DNA from: Squalus acanthias
Lineage: Eukaryota
NCBI GenBank assembly: GCA_030390025.1
Contig: CM059432.1
Span: 16,060,001 to 16,124,000, forward strand
Length of the DNA stretch: 64,000 bases
Reading direction: 5' to 3'
Shown here: positions 12,902 to 25,803 of the stretch, in pieces
Layout: each line of letters opens with the position of its first letter
Numbering within the stretch: position 1 is the stretch's first letter
Program-made: the position numbers and the translations under genes
The notes under the pieces: model-generated
Seen by the model: the letters and a program-made list of their open reading frames with translations, nothing else
Databases searched by the model: none
Told to the model about the DNA's origin: nothing

Positions 12902-13937
12902 GGGGGCGATTTTCCCTGGATACTTTAGGCGCAAAAGAGCCTCTGAGGTAGCCAAGATGGGGCCTTAAGCTGATACGTTGGTTTAGCCCTTGTTTACCGC
13001 AAGGCACCATCTTGGTAAAGGAGTTGAAGCTTGCACTAGGAACGGCCGCCCGGAGGATCGATAAGGGGCTGATTGCCACTTAAATTGCCTGCTAGCGCTC
13101 ATTAATGAGGCTGCACGGCATTTAATGGCTAGCGCTTGACCTAACGCCCTCTCCTAACAACGACCAGCTGATTGGGAGTAAACACGGCGTTGCAGAGGAT
13201 TTCCAGCGCTACTTAAAGGCATATCACCTATTACTGTTCACTTGCTGCTGGAGGTTTGAAAAGATCTTTTGAAGCACATCGGGAGACTTTATGGGACACT
13301 TTGTCAAGACTTCACCAACACGATCAGCATTTATTCTGGAAATTCTCCGAGGACGTCATCTAAAACGCGTGAGTGCTGTGCTACTCCACCTTATTGGGCA
13401 CCTTATAGGAGTCACCAGGGGAAAGGGAGTGCTTGGTCATTGGCATCTTGCTAGAGGTCCCCCTTGGTCTGCAGGAGGAATGGGGGGAGGAGGCGATGAG
13501 GCCAGGCAGAGCAGCACCAGCTGCTGCAGGAGAGAGGGACAGGAGGGCGAGGAGGACTCCTTCCCCCCTGCGGGTATAGGACATCCCTCCTCCTCTGGAC
13601 CTCCTCCGCCAGGACTTCCAGTGCCGCGTACGAGAACTCACTTGGTCCCTGAGCCATCCTGACACGTGCCACTGTGTGTCAGCCAGAGCACTCCACACCT
13701 TCAGTGGAAGTGGTTGATTGTAGCCCACGTATACTGCTCCACGAAAATTGCATCTAATCGGCACATGAGTGCTAAACCTGCAGGTGTCTCTGTTTTAGCA
13801 CCTCCAGGCAAGTCCAAATTATGGTAATCAGCAATTAGGACCAAAATTGCGAGATAAAAACCAGACTTTCAAACAGGCGTGTCTTATTAAGACATCCATT
13901 TAGTGCCTGTTTTCACCCTTTCACCAAAATAACCCCC
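12902..13937. mobile_element. Internally deleted PIF/Harbinger element with Myb/SANT-like remnant
   Basis: TIRs GGGGGCGATTTT / GGGGGTTATTTT(rc); flanks ACA/AGA; minus ORF 13451-13672 FSYAALEVLAEEVQRRRDVLYP matches the start of Harbinger-type Myb/SANT domains. Confidence 0.75.
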
Positions 13938-14690
13938 AGAGTGTTTACCAGCCAAGGAGATTGGATGCCGTTTCATTGCTAGGCAGTTAAGACGATCAGA
14001 TACAGGCACAATATTAGAGATCGGGGAGACCAGACACATGTACTGACTGCATGAGAGATCAAGGGAGATCACGGAAGAATCAACACTGGTAGGCAGCCAG
14101 GGAGATCCGACACAGGAACAGTGCCAGTGAGACCAGAAACAGGGAGAGCATTAGGCAGGCCAGGGTCAATAATAGGTCAATGGGGAGATCTAACATTGCT
14201 ACTCCACTAGGAAGATCAGACAAATGTGCTAGATTCTCAGGGAGATCAGCAAGATAAATGTTTCAAAACAACTAAAATATTTCCTCACAAGGGCACAGAT
14301 GATACATCATGGAGACCTAGAAGTGGACATGTTCTATTCCTGCTAGCCAGCATCGTGGCATAGCATGTAGAAGAATAGGATGGTATGGCATTACACATGG
14401 TAAAGCAAAGAGCATCAGAATAGCTTCCCAAGTGTACAGATCATCACAGTCTGAATCAAAATCCACTGGTCTGGGCAGCTTACGGGAATTTCCTACTTCA
14501 ACAGAAATTGAACCCTTGTGGAATTTTTGTACAATATCACCACTAATACATGAATGAGGTGGCATAAAAGAATTAAAATGTATCCCATACACCAGATATC
14601 TCAGCTTTCAGAACACTGCACAGGTCAATACAGGAGTATAGGAAGAGTGCGTTAGATCATAAGGTAACACAGCCTTGATCCCACATGTGA

Positions 14691-15040
14691 GAAACATAGA
14701 AACATAGAATCTAGGAGCAGGAGTAGGCCATTCGGCCCGTCGAGCCTGCTCCGCCATTCAATACGATCATGGCTGATCATCCAAATCCAGTACCCTGTCC
14801 CTGCTTTAATCCCCACAGTACACATATCCCACCCTACCCCCGTAACCCCACGTATTTAATTCCCCCTAACATATCCCATCCTATCCCCATAACCCCACAT
14901 ATTTAATCCCCCCTAACACTAAGGGTCAATTTATCATAGCCAAATCAACCTAACCCACACATTTTTGGACTGTGGGAGGAAACCGGAGCACCCGGAGGAA
15001 ACCCACGCAGACACGGGGAGAATGTGCAAACTCCACACAG
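14691..15040 (-). mobile_element. HE1/V-SINE, 5'-truncated
   Basis: V-domain GTGTGGAGTTTGCACATTCTCCCCGTGTCTGCGTGGGTTTCCTCCGGGTGCTCCGG on minus strand; CR1-type tail; near-identical to 57351-57700. Confidence 0.9.
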
Positions 15041-15072
15041 ACCAGGTTATAGTCCAACAGGTTTATTTGAAA

Positions 15073-15109
15073 TCACAAGCTTTCGGAGCGCTGCTCCTTC
15101 GTCAGGTGA
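15073..15109 (-). ncRNA. Minimal type I hammerhead ribozyme motif (family B)
   Basis: Minus: UCAC-CUGACGA-A-GGAGC(AGC)GCUCC-GAAA-GCU-U-GUGA. Confidence 0.75.
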
Positions 15110-15151
15110 AGTGAAGAGATACATATAGGCACCTATATGTATCTCTTCACT

Positions 15152-15188
15152 TCACCTGATGAAGGAGCAGCGCTCTGAAAGCTTGTGA
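15152..15188 (+). ncRNA. Minimal type I hammerhead ribozyme motif (family B)
   Basis: UCAC-CUGAUGA-A-GGAGC(AGC)GCUCU-GAAA-GCU-U-GUGA. Confidence 0.75.
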
Positions 15189-15719
15189 TTTCAAATAAAC
15201 CTGTTGGACTATAACCTGGTGTTGTGCGACTTCTCACATTTGTCCACCCCAGTCCAACACTGGCATCTCCACATCTTGATCCCACATGACCTCTGGAAAG
15301 CACTTCCTGTCTTCCTCTTGTGACGAATATTATTCAGTAGGATTCAGGAAATGGACAGGCGCACATATTTACATCCCAGGTAATATATCATTTACAAATT
15401 GCAAATCATCTCCCCCTTCATTTGCAAACATTCTTGGGCGTGTTCAGTTTGTAATCTCAACAGCTGAAAGCACACGAGGAACACAAGCGACCTCAGCAGG
15501 TCCGAGCGACAAATGACTTGAACCTGCCGTCCTTCAATGCCTCTTCTGTCATAGAAATTTACAGCCCAGAAGGAGGCCATTCGGCCCATCTTGTCCATGC
15601 CGTGCCATACATGTCTGAAAGCACTATTCCAATATCACTTTCCAAGATACTTTTCTCAACCTAGTGGATAAAGGCATTGTTATATTTTAGGATATTTTTA
15701 TCCTTTTTCCTCCTCTCTC

Positions 15720-18467
15720 CTCCTTTAAAGCATCTCACCTTATTCCATCCCTCTCACCTCTCATTTAAAATTTCCCTTCTCTACCGCCCACCCAAGTACC
15801 ATAAAAATTTTATTACTGAGATATCTTCACTGCTCTCCTCCCTCAGCCTCTGCACCGAACGATCTCTCATCCTTGGTGATTTCAACCTCCATCTCAATTC
15901 ATCATGCTCTCTCTCTCCTCTGAGTTCACTAGCCTCCTATTCTCCCGTAATCTCTCCCTCCATGTAAACTCCCCAACCCATATTCACGGCCACCCCCTCG
16001 ACCTTGCCATCTCTCGTGGTCGCGCTACTCCCATCATGTCAATCGCAGATAAGGCCATCTCTGACCACTTCCTCGTATCGCACTCCACCCACATCCCTCC
16101 CCCCCCCCACCCCACACACACACCCCCCACACCCCCCCCACACACCCCCAACCCTACTTCCTTCTGTGTCTGCCCCGGAAAAAACTCTCTCCCGACTCGC
16201 TTACAACTGCACTTATGAAATCCCAACTGTCCAGCCTTTGGCCCTCCAGTCACCACGACATTTCTGCAACTACCGATCTGCTCAACACACACCCTCACCA
16301 CCACCTTTGATGCCCTAGTCCCTATTAAAACAATTACTCTCTCTCACCCTGGCCGTTCCCCCTGGTACGGCCCTCATCTTCGCTCTCTCAAGTCCAAGGG
16401 ACGCAGACCTGAATGGATATGGCGGACAACTGGTTTAGCCATTCACCTTGATCTGGCTGGACCACATAAAGCACTATCGGGTCTTGCTCTCATCTGCCAA
16501 AATTGCTCACTATTCCAGAATCATTCTGGAATGCAAAGATAAACCCTGGCTCCTATTCTCTACTGCTAACCGTCTTCTTAAACCCCTCTCCCCTGTCTCC
16601 TCCACCCTCACCTCCGACAACAAGTGTGAGGAGCTCATGGACTTCTTTGTCTCTAAGATTGAGACCATCCGTTCAGCTGCCTCTGCCACTTCCCTTCCTT
16701 CCCCTAGCCCACCGGGCCAAACTTCCTCTAAAGTTCCCCCCTGCCCTAGCCCTGAACTCACATCTTTCTCCAGTTTCTCTCCGATCTCCCCTCATGACCT
16801 CTCTGCGCTCATCTTGTCCATGAGACCCACCTCCTGCTCCCTCGACCCTATTCCCACCAAACTGCTGACCACCCAACTTCCTTTTCTGGCTCCCATGTTA
16901 GCTGAAATTGTTAATGGTTCTCTCTCCTCAGGTACTGTCCCCCTCTCCCTCAAATCTGCTGTCATCACCCCTCTCCTCAAAAAAACAACCCTTGACCCCT
17001 CCATCCTTGCAAACTACCGCCCCATCTCCAACCTCCCTTTCGTCTCTAAAGTCCTTGAACGTGTTGTTACCTCCCAAATCCGTGCCCATCTTTCCCGCAA
17101 TTCCATGTTTGAATCCCTCCAATCAGGTTTCCACCCCTGCCACAGTACTGAAACGGCTCTCATCAAAGTCACAAATGACATCCTTTGTGACTGTGACAAA
17201 GGTAAACTATCCCTCCTCACCCTTCTTGACCGGTCTGCACCTTTGACAAGGTTGACCATCCATCCTTCTCCAACGCCTCTCCACCGTCATCCAGCTGGGT
17301 GGGACTGCACTCGCCTGGTTCCATTCTTATCTATCTAATCGTAGCCAGAGAATCACCTGCAACGGCTTCTCTTCCCACTCCCGCATCGTTACCTCTGGTG
17401 TCCCCCCAAGGATCTATCCTTGTCCCCCTCCTATTTCTCATCTACATGTTGCCCCTTAGCGACATCATCCGAAAACACAGCGTCAGTTTCCATATGTACG
17501 CCGATGACACCCAGCTCTACCTCACCACCACTTCTCTCGACCCCTCCACGGTCTCAATTGTCAGACTGCTTGTCAGACTCCAGTTCTGGATGAGCAGAAA
17601 TTTTCTCCAGTAAATGCTGGGAAGACCAAAGCCATTGTTTTCAGTCCCCGCCACAAACTCCGTTCCCTAGGCACTGACTCCATCCCTCTCCCTAACATCT
17701 GTCTGAGGCTGAACCACACTGCTCGCAACCTTGGTGTCATATTTGACCCTGAAATGAGCTTCCAACCACATATCCGCAGCATAACTAAGACCGCCTATTT
17801 CCACCTCCGTAACATCGCCCGTCTCCGCCTCTGCCTCAGCTGATCCGCTGCTGAAACCCTCATCCATGCCTTTGTTACCTCTAGACTTGACTATTCCAAC
17901 GTATTCCTGGCTGGCCTCCCACATTCTATCCTACGTAAACTTGAGGTCATCCAAAACTCGGCTGCCCGTGTCCTAACTCGCACCAAGTCCCGTTCACCCA
18001 TCATTCCTGTGCTCGCTGGCCTACATTGGCTTCCGGCTAAGCAACGCCTCGATTAAAAAATTCTCATCCTTGTTTTCAAATCCCTCCATGGCCTCGCTCC
18101 TCCCTATCTGTGTAATCTCCTTCAGCCCCACAACCCCACAACCCCCCCGAGATATCTGCGCCCCTCTAATTCTGCCCTCGAGCATCCCTGATTATAATCG
18201 CTCAACCATTGGTGGCCGTGCCTTCTGTTGCCTAGGCCGTAAGCTCTGGAATTCGCCACCTAAACCTCTCCGCCTCTCTACCTCTCTTTCCTCCATTAAG
18301 ACACTCCTTAAAACCTACCTCTTTGACCAAGCCTTTGGTCATCTGCCCTAATTTCTCCTTAGGTGGCTCGGTGTCAAATTTTTTGACTTATAATAGTCCT
18401 GTGAAGCGCCTTGGGACGTTTTTCTACGTTAAAGGCGCTATATAAATACAAGTTGTTGTTGTTGTTG
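15720..18467 (+). mobile_element. L2-clade LINE, longest copy (AP endonuclease + RT, disrupted)
   Basis: LYRPPK, ILGDFNLH, GHPLDL, SDHFLV (APE); NYRPISNLPFVSKVLE, QSGF, PQGSIL, YADDTQL (RT); (TTG)n tail; several frameshifts. Confidence 0.95.
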
Positions 18468-18619
18468 TCTTTTTACTTTTGACTTCAGTATTGCAGGCTA
18501 CTCTTTAGGTGAGCCCTCACTTCTTACGTCCTTTAGTTACCGGCCTCAAACACACATCCAACTCTACTTTAAAATCTTTTACCGTCTGGCTCCGCTGCTT
18601 CCCTGGATGGTCCACTCCA

Positions 18620-20240
18620 CAAATTTACACGTCACAACGCAGCCGAGAGCTCTCCTGCAATGACTTCTCATCCCACACCAGCACAGTCACCTCCAGCATG
18701 CCCCAAAGTCCATCCTGCACCTCCTCCTGTGCCTCATCTCTGTGATACCCCTCGCTAACATTATCCATAAGCAAGCAGAAACTTCTATATTTCTACCTCT
18801 GAAGCTCAACTCTGCTTCACCACCGCTCCCGACCCCTAGTCTATAACTATTGGGTCCAACATCATGTCATGACTATGCCAGAACTTTCACAGGTGACGAG
18901 ATTGAAGCCATCCTATTCAACGCACACCAGAAATTCTGCATTCTTGCCCCCAGTTCAATCCCCGGTTCCGGCTGCTCAATCAGGCACAACTTTGGTGTCC
19001 TGTTTGACCCCGAGCTCAGCTTGAGACCACTTTCCTATCCATTACCAAAACTGACTATTTTTAGCTCCACAGCGTCACCCACTCTGTCCCTGCCTCACCC
19101 CATCTCCGCTGAAACTCTAATCCACAGCTTCATCACCCGCAGGCCCACTTTCTGCATTGCACTCCCACCAACCTCCCGAGCTCCTTCCTGCACAAACTGC
19201 AACTTCTCCAAAGCTCACATCATCCACAGCCTATTCTATACTAATCCCTGATCACCTCTCAACTCTGTTCTAATTGATCTCCACCGACTCCCCACATCGC
19301 CAATACTTTGTTTTCAATATCCTTATAAGAACATAAGAACATAAATAGGAGCAGGATTAGGCCATTCGGTCCTTCGAGTCTGCTCCGCCATTAATAAGAT
19401 CATGGCTGATCTTCTACCTCAACTCCACCTTCCCGCACTATCCCCATATCCCTTGATTCCCTTAATATCCAAAATTCGATCGATCTCTGTCTTGAATATA
19501 CTCAACGACTGAGCCTCCACAGCCCTCTGGGGTAGAGAATTCCAAAGATCCACCACCCTCTGAGTGAAGAAATCGCTCCTCATCTCAGTCCTAAATGACC
19601 AACCCTTTATTCTGAGACTGTGACCCCTAGTTCTAGACTCCCCAACCAGGGGAAACATCCTCCCTACATCTACCCTGTCGAGGCCTGCAAGAATTTTATA
19701 TGTTTCAATGAGATCACCTCTCATTCTTCTAAATTCTAGGGGAATATAGGTCTAGTCTCCTCAATCTCTCCACATAGGACAATCCTCCCATTCCAGGAAT
19801 CAGTCTGGTGAACCTTCGTTGCACTCCCTTTAAGGCAAGTATATCCTTCCTTAAGTAAGGAGACCAATACTGTACACGGTACACAGTATTATTTACAAAT
19901 TCCTCCATCACATTCTCTCACCCTGCCTCTGGAACCTCCGCAAGACCTATGTCCATGCTCAAGTCTTCCACTCTGACCTAATATGCGTCTTCCCATCTCT
20001 CTGCCGCCACTTTCAGTGGAAGAACCTTCAACCACAATGGAGCCTGCACTGTGTAAACCTTGCCCCAAACATTTGCCTCACCTCTCTCCATCTTTAAAAG
20101 CTTCCTCAAAACCCAAATCTTTGGCCTTGCTAGGTCACCTCCCCTAACTCTTAATACCAACATGGGAATTATTTCTCCCTCTCTTTGTGAAGCTCCTTGG
20201 GATGTGTCGTTAAGCTAAAGGGGCTATACAGTGCTCACAG
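18620..20240 (+). mobile_element. Older diverged L2, interrupted by CR1 at 19327-19880
   Basis: NFGVLFDPELSLRP, AETLIHSFIT; degenerate L2 tail TGTGAAGCTCCTTGGGATG...AAAGGGGCTATA at ~20187-20230. Confidence 0.7.
19327..19880 (-). mobile_element. CR1 LINE 3' fragment
   Basis: [11 protein letters not shown]...[12 protein letters not shown]...TRGHSLRI; (ATAAGAAC)n tail at the left end. Confidence 0.95.
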
Positions 20241-20519
20241 GTATAGAAATTGGATCGTGCCCCAAGCATGCTGCACGCGCCGAATGAGGCCAGCAGCAGG
20301 ACCATGGCAAATTGGTCTGCCAGCCTCATTAGTGTGGTACCAGCCAGCTATGGGCACCAGTCACAGCCCCAGAGGCAGCTCGCCGGTCAAGGGGCATAGC
20401 AAGATCGGCCAACTGGGACGCCAGTCGAAGACCTAAGGAGAGTCCGGGGGCAGGGAGGAGACAATCAATGGTCAGCAGCGGCCTGCAGTTTTAATGTGGA
20501 GGATATTATCTGTAACATT

Positions 20520-20860
20520 TCTCCCCCTCTTGTTCTGAAAGCACCAGCTTGTGTACAGTTCTATGGGTACTGGTGCTCTCTAGCACCTTGTCCAAGTGAT
20601 CATACCTCATCTTCAAGTAAGTATGCAGGCTAGTCAGGCGACTAAGCCTGTTCCTGGCCTTAACCAATGCCCACATTCATGCTCTTTCCAGCAAAAATCA
20701 ACAGATAATGATTAGCAGCGAAAACCCTGGACATTATTTCCCTTCCAAGCCCAGGGACACTCGGCCAAGTGAATCACGCCAATTGCTACCCTGATTGGAG
20801 TTAAGTTAACTCAATGCAGATGGGCAAATCGACTTCTTGTCTGGGTCTGTTCTACATTGA
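20520..20860 (-). mobile_element. Ancient tRNA-headed SINE-like repeat (degenerate)
   Basis: Patchy reverse-complement similarity to 44095-44485; related pieces at ~470-990(-), 27985-28240(+), 45260-45900(-). Confidence 0.5.
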
Positions 20861-21504
20861 TAATGCTCCTCGAGAGCTTAGCATGAGTTCCATCAGTGGG
20901 AGCAGGACATAAATCTCACACGGGCTGTGCCACCATAAAGGTAACAAAACTAGAACATGCAAAATTAAGTCTATCAAAGGTTTCTGTCTATTCAATTATT
21001 GTGGGTCTGATAAAACAATACACCTAGTGGTCAACGCTTAGGACACTGAGCTGCTACTTTACAACCATATTCTTCTGCCATTGCCACATGTATAAATCAG
21101 GGATTTATGAGAGGTTCGCTGAGACACCTTTATGTACATGGAGTGCAATAGAAATGCAAATACACATTTTTATTAATTTTTTATCCCAATGTCTAATGGT
21201 ACAATTTCATGTAATAATTTTCTCTCTCATCCATTTAATAATGATTCCCATAATCAAATCTCATCTTTTATGATCTGCACGCTAGATCTTTTCAATAATC
21301 TGCTCTCCCATAGGTCCATAACCTGAGAATTAATTACTCCATTTGAAGCAATCGGTTTACTGCATTAAACGTAGTCTCTACCAAACACTCTAAATATCAA
21401 GTTTTCACAGACTCAACTAACTAATGCATTTACGTACAATTCAACAGAACTTTGAAGCACAAAAAAATTGAACAATTAGGAGTACAAATATTAAACATAA
21501 ATAT

Positions 21505-21692
21505 AGATCTATAATTTCCACAGAGCTCCTCTCAATCTCCCGCCATAACCTCGGAGGAAGACTGGCAGACCACCAGAAAAATCAGGTCAATGGATAAAAA
21601 CAGCCGATCACACCACTTCTCCAGGGTTTCCGCCAATCTACTACTGGAGTTGCGGCCGGAGATCTGAAGAACCCCGTGAAAATTTTCCCTCA
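21505..21692. repeat. Degenerate hairpin MITE
   Basis: Left arm AATTTCCACAGAG...ATCTCCCGCCATAACCTC...AGACTGGCAGA resembles rc of right arm (AATTTTCACGGGG...ATCTCCGGCCGCAACTCC...AGATTGGCGGA); related half at ~12600-12715. Confidence 0.6.
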
Positions 21693-22008
21693 TAATGCAC
21701 AAAGTCTGAAAAGGGTTAATTAAATTTTTTGATAAATATCTCACGAAAATCTTCGAGTACACCCTTACGTTTCACTGTTGAAAATGTATGGATTTGCTCA
21801 TGTCACTTTAAGGTATAGTTCAGTCCATGATCGCTACCAAATGGCTCATGGATGCATCAATGGGAATATCAAAAGTTTGCTATTTCTTGATTAAGCCAAT
21901 TCTGGTTGGGATCCTTTCTGTTTACTTGGCAATGGCTCAATGAAGTGAAGCTATGCAGATAAAAATTTATCTTACCTTCTGCGGTAATTGAACGTTACAA
22001 GAAGCTCA

Positions 22009-22814
22009 GGGGGCGATTTTGCCAGCCCTGGGGAGGTGGGTTTGGAGGCGGGACTGCCGGGAAAATGGCAGACTCTGGGGACGGGTACCCATCCCGCCCC
22101 CAACCCGCCTCTGTGCCATCTTCCCAGGAGGTGGGTACCCGACCCGCGCCAGGAAGGGGATTAGTGCCAATTAACAGGCAGTTTTTTGGCTAAACCCTAT
22201 TTTGAGCCCTGAAGTGTGGGCTTCCCGACAGCTCCGAACCTTGCCAGGGTCAGCGAGGCGGGCCGTCGGTCTGCGGGGGTCGGAGGGGCCGAAATGTCCA
22301 GTGTGCAGGTGAGTGATGGGTGCATGTGTGCAGAGGTAAGTGTGTGAGGTGTGTGTATATAAAGTGTTTTAATAAGTTTTACTTACCTTAACTTCTTCCT
22401 GCAGGCTTCATCCCTTCAGGTCTCGGGAGTCCCTCAGCTCACCGGCACAGAAAGCAGAATGGCCGCTGAACTGTCAAAAGCTGCAGCCTCTGCTTTCTGC
22501 TCAGGAAGGCTTTCTAACTGAGTCTTGAGTAAAGACTCAACTTAGAGGACAGATTGTCAGTGTTTAACAGCTTCACAGAGCTGTCAAACGATGACAATTC
22601 ATCTGTCAAAAGCTCTTGACAGATGAAACGTCACTCGCTGACGTTACCTGTAACTGGTTTTCCCTTAATTGGCCTGCTAAGCCCGCTGGGCGGGCTTAAC
22701 AAGGTCAATCAAGGAAAAATAGCGTGGGTTGGCCACAAGTCGATGGAGGCGGGACTGAAACCCGACAAGTGGGAGTCTCGCCTCCGAAAGCTCCCCATTG
22801 AGAAAATCCAGCCC
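22009..22814. mobile_element. Harbinger-type MITE
   Basis: Termini GGGGGCGATTTT / GGGCTGGATTTT(rc); flanks TCA/TCT; GGCGGG/CCCGCC subterminal motifs like 28471 and 35370 elements. Confidence 0.6.
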
Positions 22815-23424
22815 TCTGCTTTTTTTGAAGTGCAACATCGTTTAGCATGACCTCTTTACCCAGCAACTCATCTACAAGCATCCAAAAGCAATCCCATATG
22901 TGAATTACATAGAAGTCATTTCTTTTGCTGAGAAAGGACACTTTTGAGATTTCTTGGAATGGATAGCTCTGATGCTTTCATGGGTTCAGTTCAGTAGCTC
23001 ATTTTGAGTTTGAGATTTGAACATGCCAGGGGATTTCTTAATGTGAAGCTTATGTTCCGTACATCATGATTCAATTGCAATAAACATTGACCAAAATAGA
23101 ATGAGAGGTAGAAGATAGCTTCACTCTGCCAAGCAAAAGACTTTATTATCCAAAGACATTCCTTCAAAAGTGTAATTAATCCATTCCTGACTTTGTGCAA
23201 TATATTTAAGTTTAGTTTAATATTTGTGCACAGTAGTATTGGGCAAAATTATTTGTGCTTAATCGTAAATAAATATTTGAACTACACCCTGTAAAAGCTC
23301 AGGTCCATATTTAATATTCCACCATTTCTTGAGCGTGTGACAGTACAAAATAAATCTACTTTTACTGATGTAAATAAACGACAGCATGTAAAGTGATTGT
23401 TAATCCTTAGAATCAAGCAACTGA

Positions 23425-23828
23425 GACTTGTGTACAAAAATCTAGGCTGACACTCCAGTGCAGTGCTGAGGGAGTGCTGCACTGTCAGAGGTGCCGTCTT
23501 TCAGATGAGATGTTAAACCAGGGCCCCGTCTGCTCTCTCAGGTAGACATAAAAAATCCCATGGCACTATTTCGAAGAAGAGCAGGGGGAGTTATCCCCGG
23601 TGTCCTGGCCAATATTTATCCCTCAATCAACATCACTAAAAAAAACAGATTATCTGGTCATTATTACATTGCTGTTTGGGGGAGCTTGCTGTGCGCAAAT
23701 TGGCTGCCGCATTTCCTACATTACAACAGTGACTCCTCTTCAAAAAAGTACTTAATTGGCTGTAAGGCGTTTCGAGACATCCCGAGGTCATGAAAGGCGC
23801 TATATAAATGCAAGTCTTTCTTTTCTTT
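23425..23828 (+). mobile_element. Deu-domain SINE lacking tRNA head
   Basis: Deu core and tail GAAAGGCGCTATATAAATGCAAGTCTTTCTTTT. Confidence 0.88.
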
Positions 23829-24489
23829 TGAACTGCTCAAGAGCTGCTGCTGAAAAGGTGCAGCTTCCAAATCATAAGGGGCAAGGATTAATGAAACAGT
23901 TAAAATGGTTCGATAAGAAAACTAAAATCACCTTGATTAACATTAGCAATAATGGCAAAACCTAATGCTAACCATGTGTCACCAAACTAAATTCTTCTAT
24001 AACCGACTTTGAGATCCATTGAATGGCATTTATTTTATACAGTACAAGAACAATGGAATGATAGAAACTGTATCGGAGTGCTGGAGAAAATCTTCACTGA
24101 TCTACAGAGCTCGACACCCATACCTAAATCATTGTGGAACGGGAAACTTAGAACAAGAATGAACATCTAACCTAAACGTAATTATTTGCTGATGGTCACT
24201 TGCGATACATCCAGAGATAGTTTGCAGAAAATCAACAAACAATACTACAAGGAAAAGATTAAGACCAGCTGAATTCTATTTTGTGAAAACACAATTGAAA
24301 ACTAGTTCCAGGAAGCAATTGCTTATAGCGTCAGCTTCTTTCATTTCACCACAAATGGATTGGATAAAAATGAAGGTAAAATTAAATAGAATGTACCAAA
24401 TGGATTAACTCACTGCTGAAACCCAAGAGCAGACTCTCTATCATGCAAATGAGAAGAAAAGGGGTGATTAATTAATTGGTTGAGTTTTT

Positions 24490-25803
24490 ATAACCTCCTC
24501 CAGCCCTACGTGATCTCTGCGCTACTCCAATTCTGGCCTTTTGAGCATCCCCGATTTTAATCACTCCACCATTGGCGGCCATACCTTCAGCTGTCCAGGC
24601 CCTAGAATTCCCTCCCTAAACCTTTATCTCTTTACCTCTCTCTCCTCATTTATATTAATGAGTTGGATGAAGGAACAGCGTGTAATGTAGCCAAATTTGC
24701 TGATGATACAAAGATAGATGGGAAAGCAAGTTGTGAAGAGGACAAAGAATCTGCAAAGGGATATAGACAGACTAAGTGAGTGGGCAAACATTTGGCAGAT
24801 GGAGTATAATGTGGGAAAGTGTGAGGTTATCCACTTTGGTAAGAAAAATAAAAAAGCAAATTACTATTTAAATGGAGAGAGATTACAAAATGCTGAAGTA
24901 CAGAGGGACCTGTACAGGGTATTGGTGAGACCACACCAGAGGGGTCCTTGTGCATGAAACACAAAAAGTTAGCATGCAGGTACAGCAAGTAATCAGGAAG
25001 GCAAATGGAATGTTGGCCTTTATTGAAAGGGGGTTGGAGTATAAAAGCAGGGAAGTCCTGCTACAACTGTACAGGGTATTGGTGAGACCACATCTGGAGT
25101 ACTGCGTACAGTTTTGGTCTCCTTATTTAAGGAGGGGTATACTTGCATTGGAGGCAGTTCAGAGAAGGTTCACGAGATTGATTCCTGAGATGAAGGGGTT
25201 GATTATGAAGAAAGGTTGGGCCCATACTCATTGGAGTTTAGAAGAATGAGAGGTGATCTTATTGAAACATAAGATACTGAGGGGGCTCGACAAGGTAGAT
25301 GCAGAGAAGATGTTTCCCCTCGTGGCGAAATCTAGAACTAGAGGGCATAGTTTCAGAATAAGGGGTCGCCCATTTAAAACTGAGATGAGGAGGAATTTCT
25401 TCTCTCAGAGGGTCGTGAATCTGTGGAATTCTCTGCCGCAGAGAGCTGTGGAGGCTGGATCATTGAATATATTAAGGTGGAGATAGACAGATTTTTGAAC
25501 AATAAGGGAGTCAAGGGTTATGGGGAGCGGGCAGGGAAATGGAGCGGAGCCCAAGATCAGATCAGCCATGATCTCATTAAATGGCGGAGTAGGCTCGAGG
25601 GGCCAAATGGCCTACTCCTGCTCCTATTTCTTATGTTCTTATGTAAGATGCACCTTAAAACCTACCTCTTTGACCAAGCTTTTGGCCATCTGCCCTAATA
25701 TCTCATGTGGCTCGGTGTCAAATTTTGTTTGATAACGCTCCTGTGAAGCGCCTTGGGCCATTTTATTACGTTAAAGGCGCTATATAAATGCGATTTGTTG
25801 TTA
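24490..25803 (+). mobile_element. L2 3' fragment split by CR1 (L2 parts ~24490-24648 and ~25650-25803)
   Basis: L2 3' sequence continues colinearly on both sides of the CR1. Confidence 0.8.
24649..25645 (+). mobile_element. CR1 LINE 3' fragment
   Basis: KFADDTK-region [42 protein letters not shown] tail. Confidence 0.95.

Larger units (their letters stand above)
14688..15274. mobile_element. Palindromic Penelope-like hammerhead element, family B (contains a nested HE1 SINE)
   Basis: 89-bp inverted arms 15041-15129 / 15132-15220, unpaired 3' tail to 15274, perfect 14-bp TSD CTTGATCCCACATG (14674-14687, 15275-15288). Confidence 0.85.
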
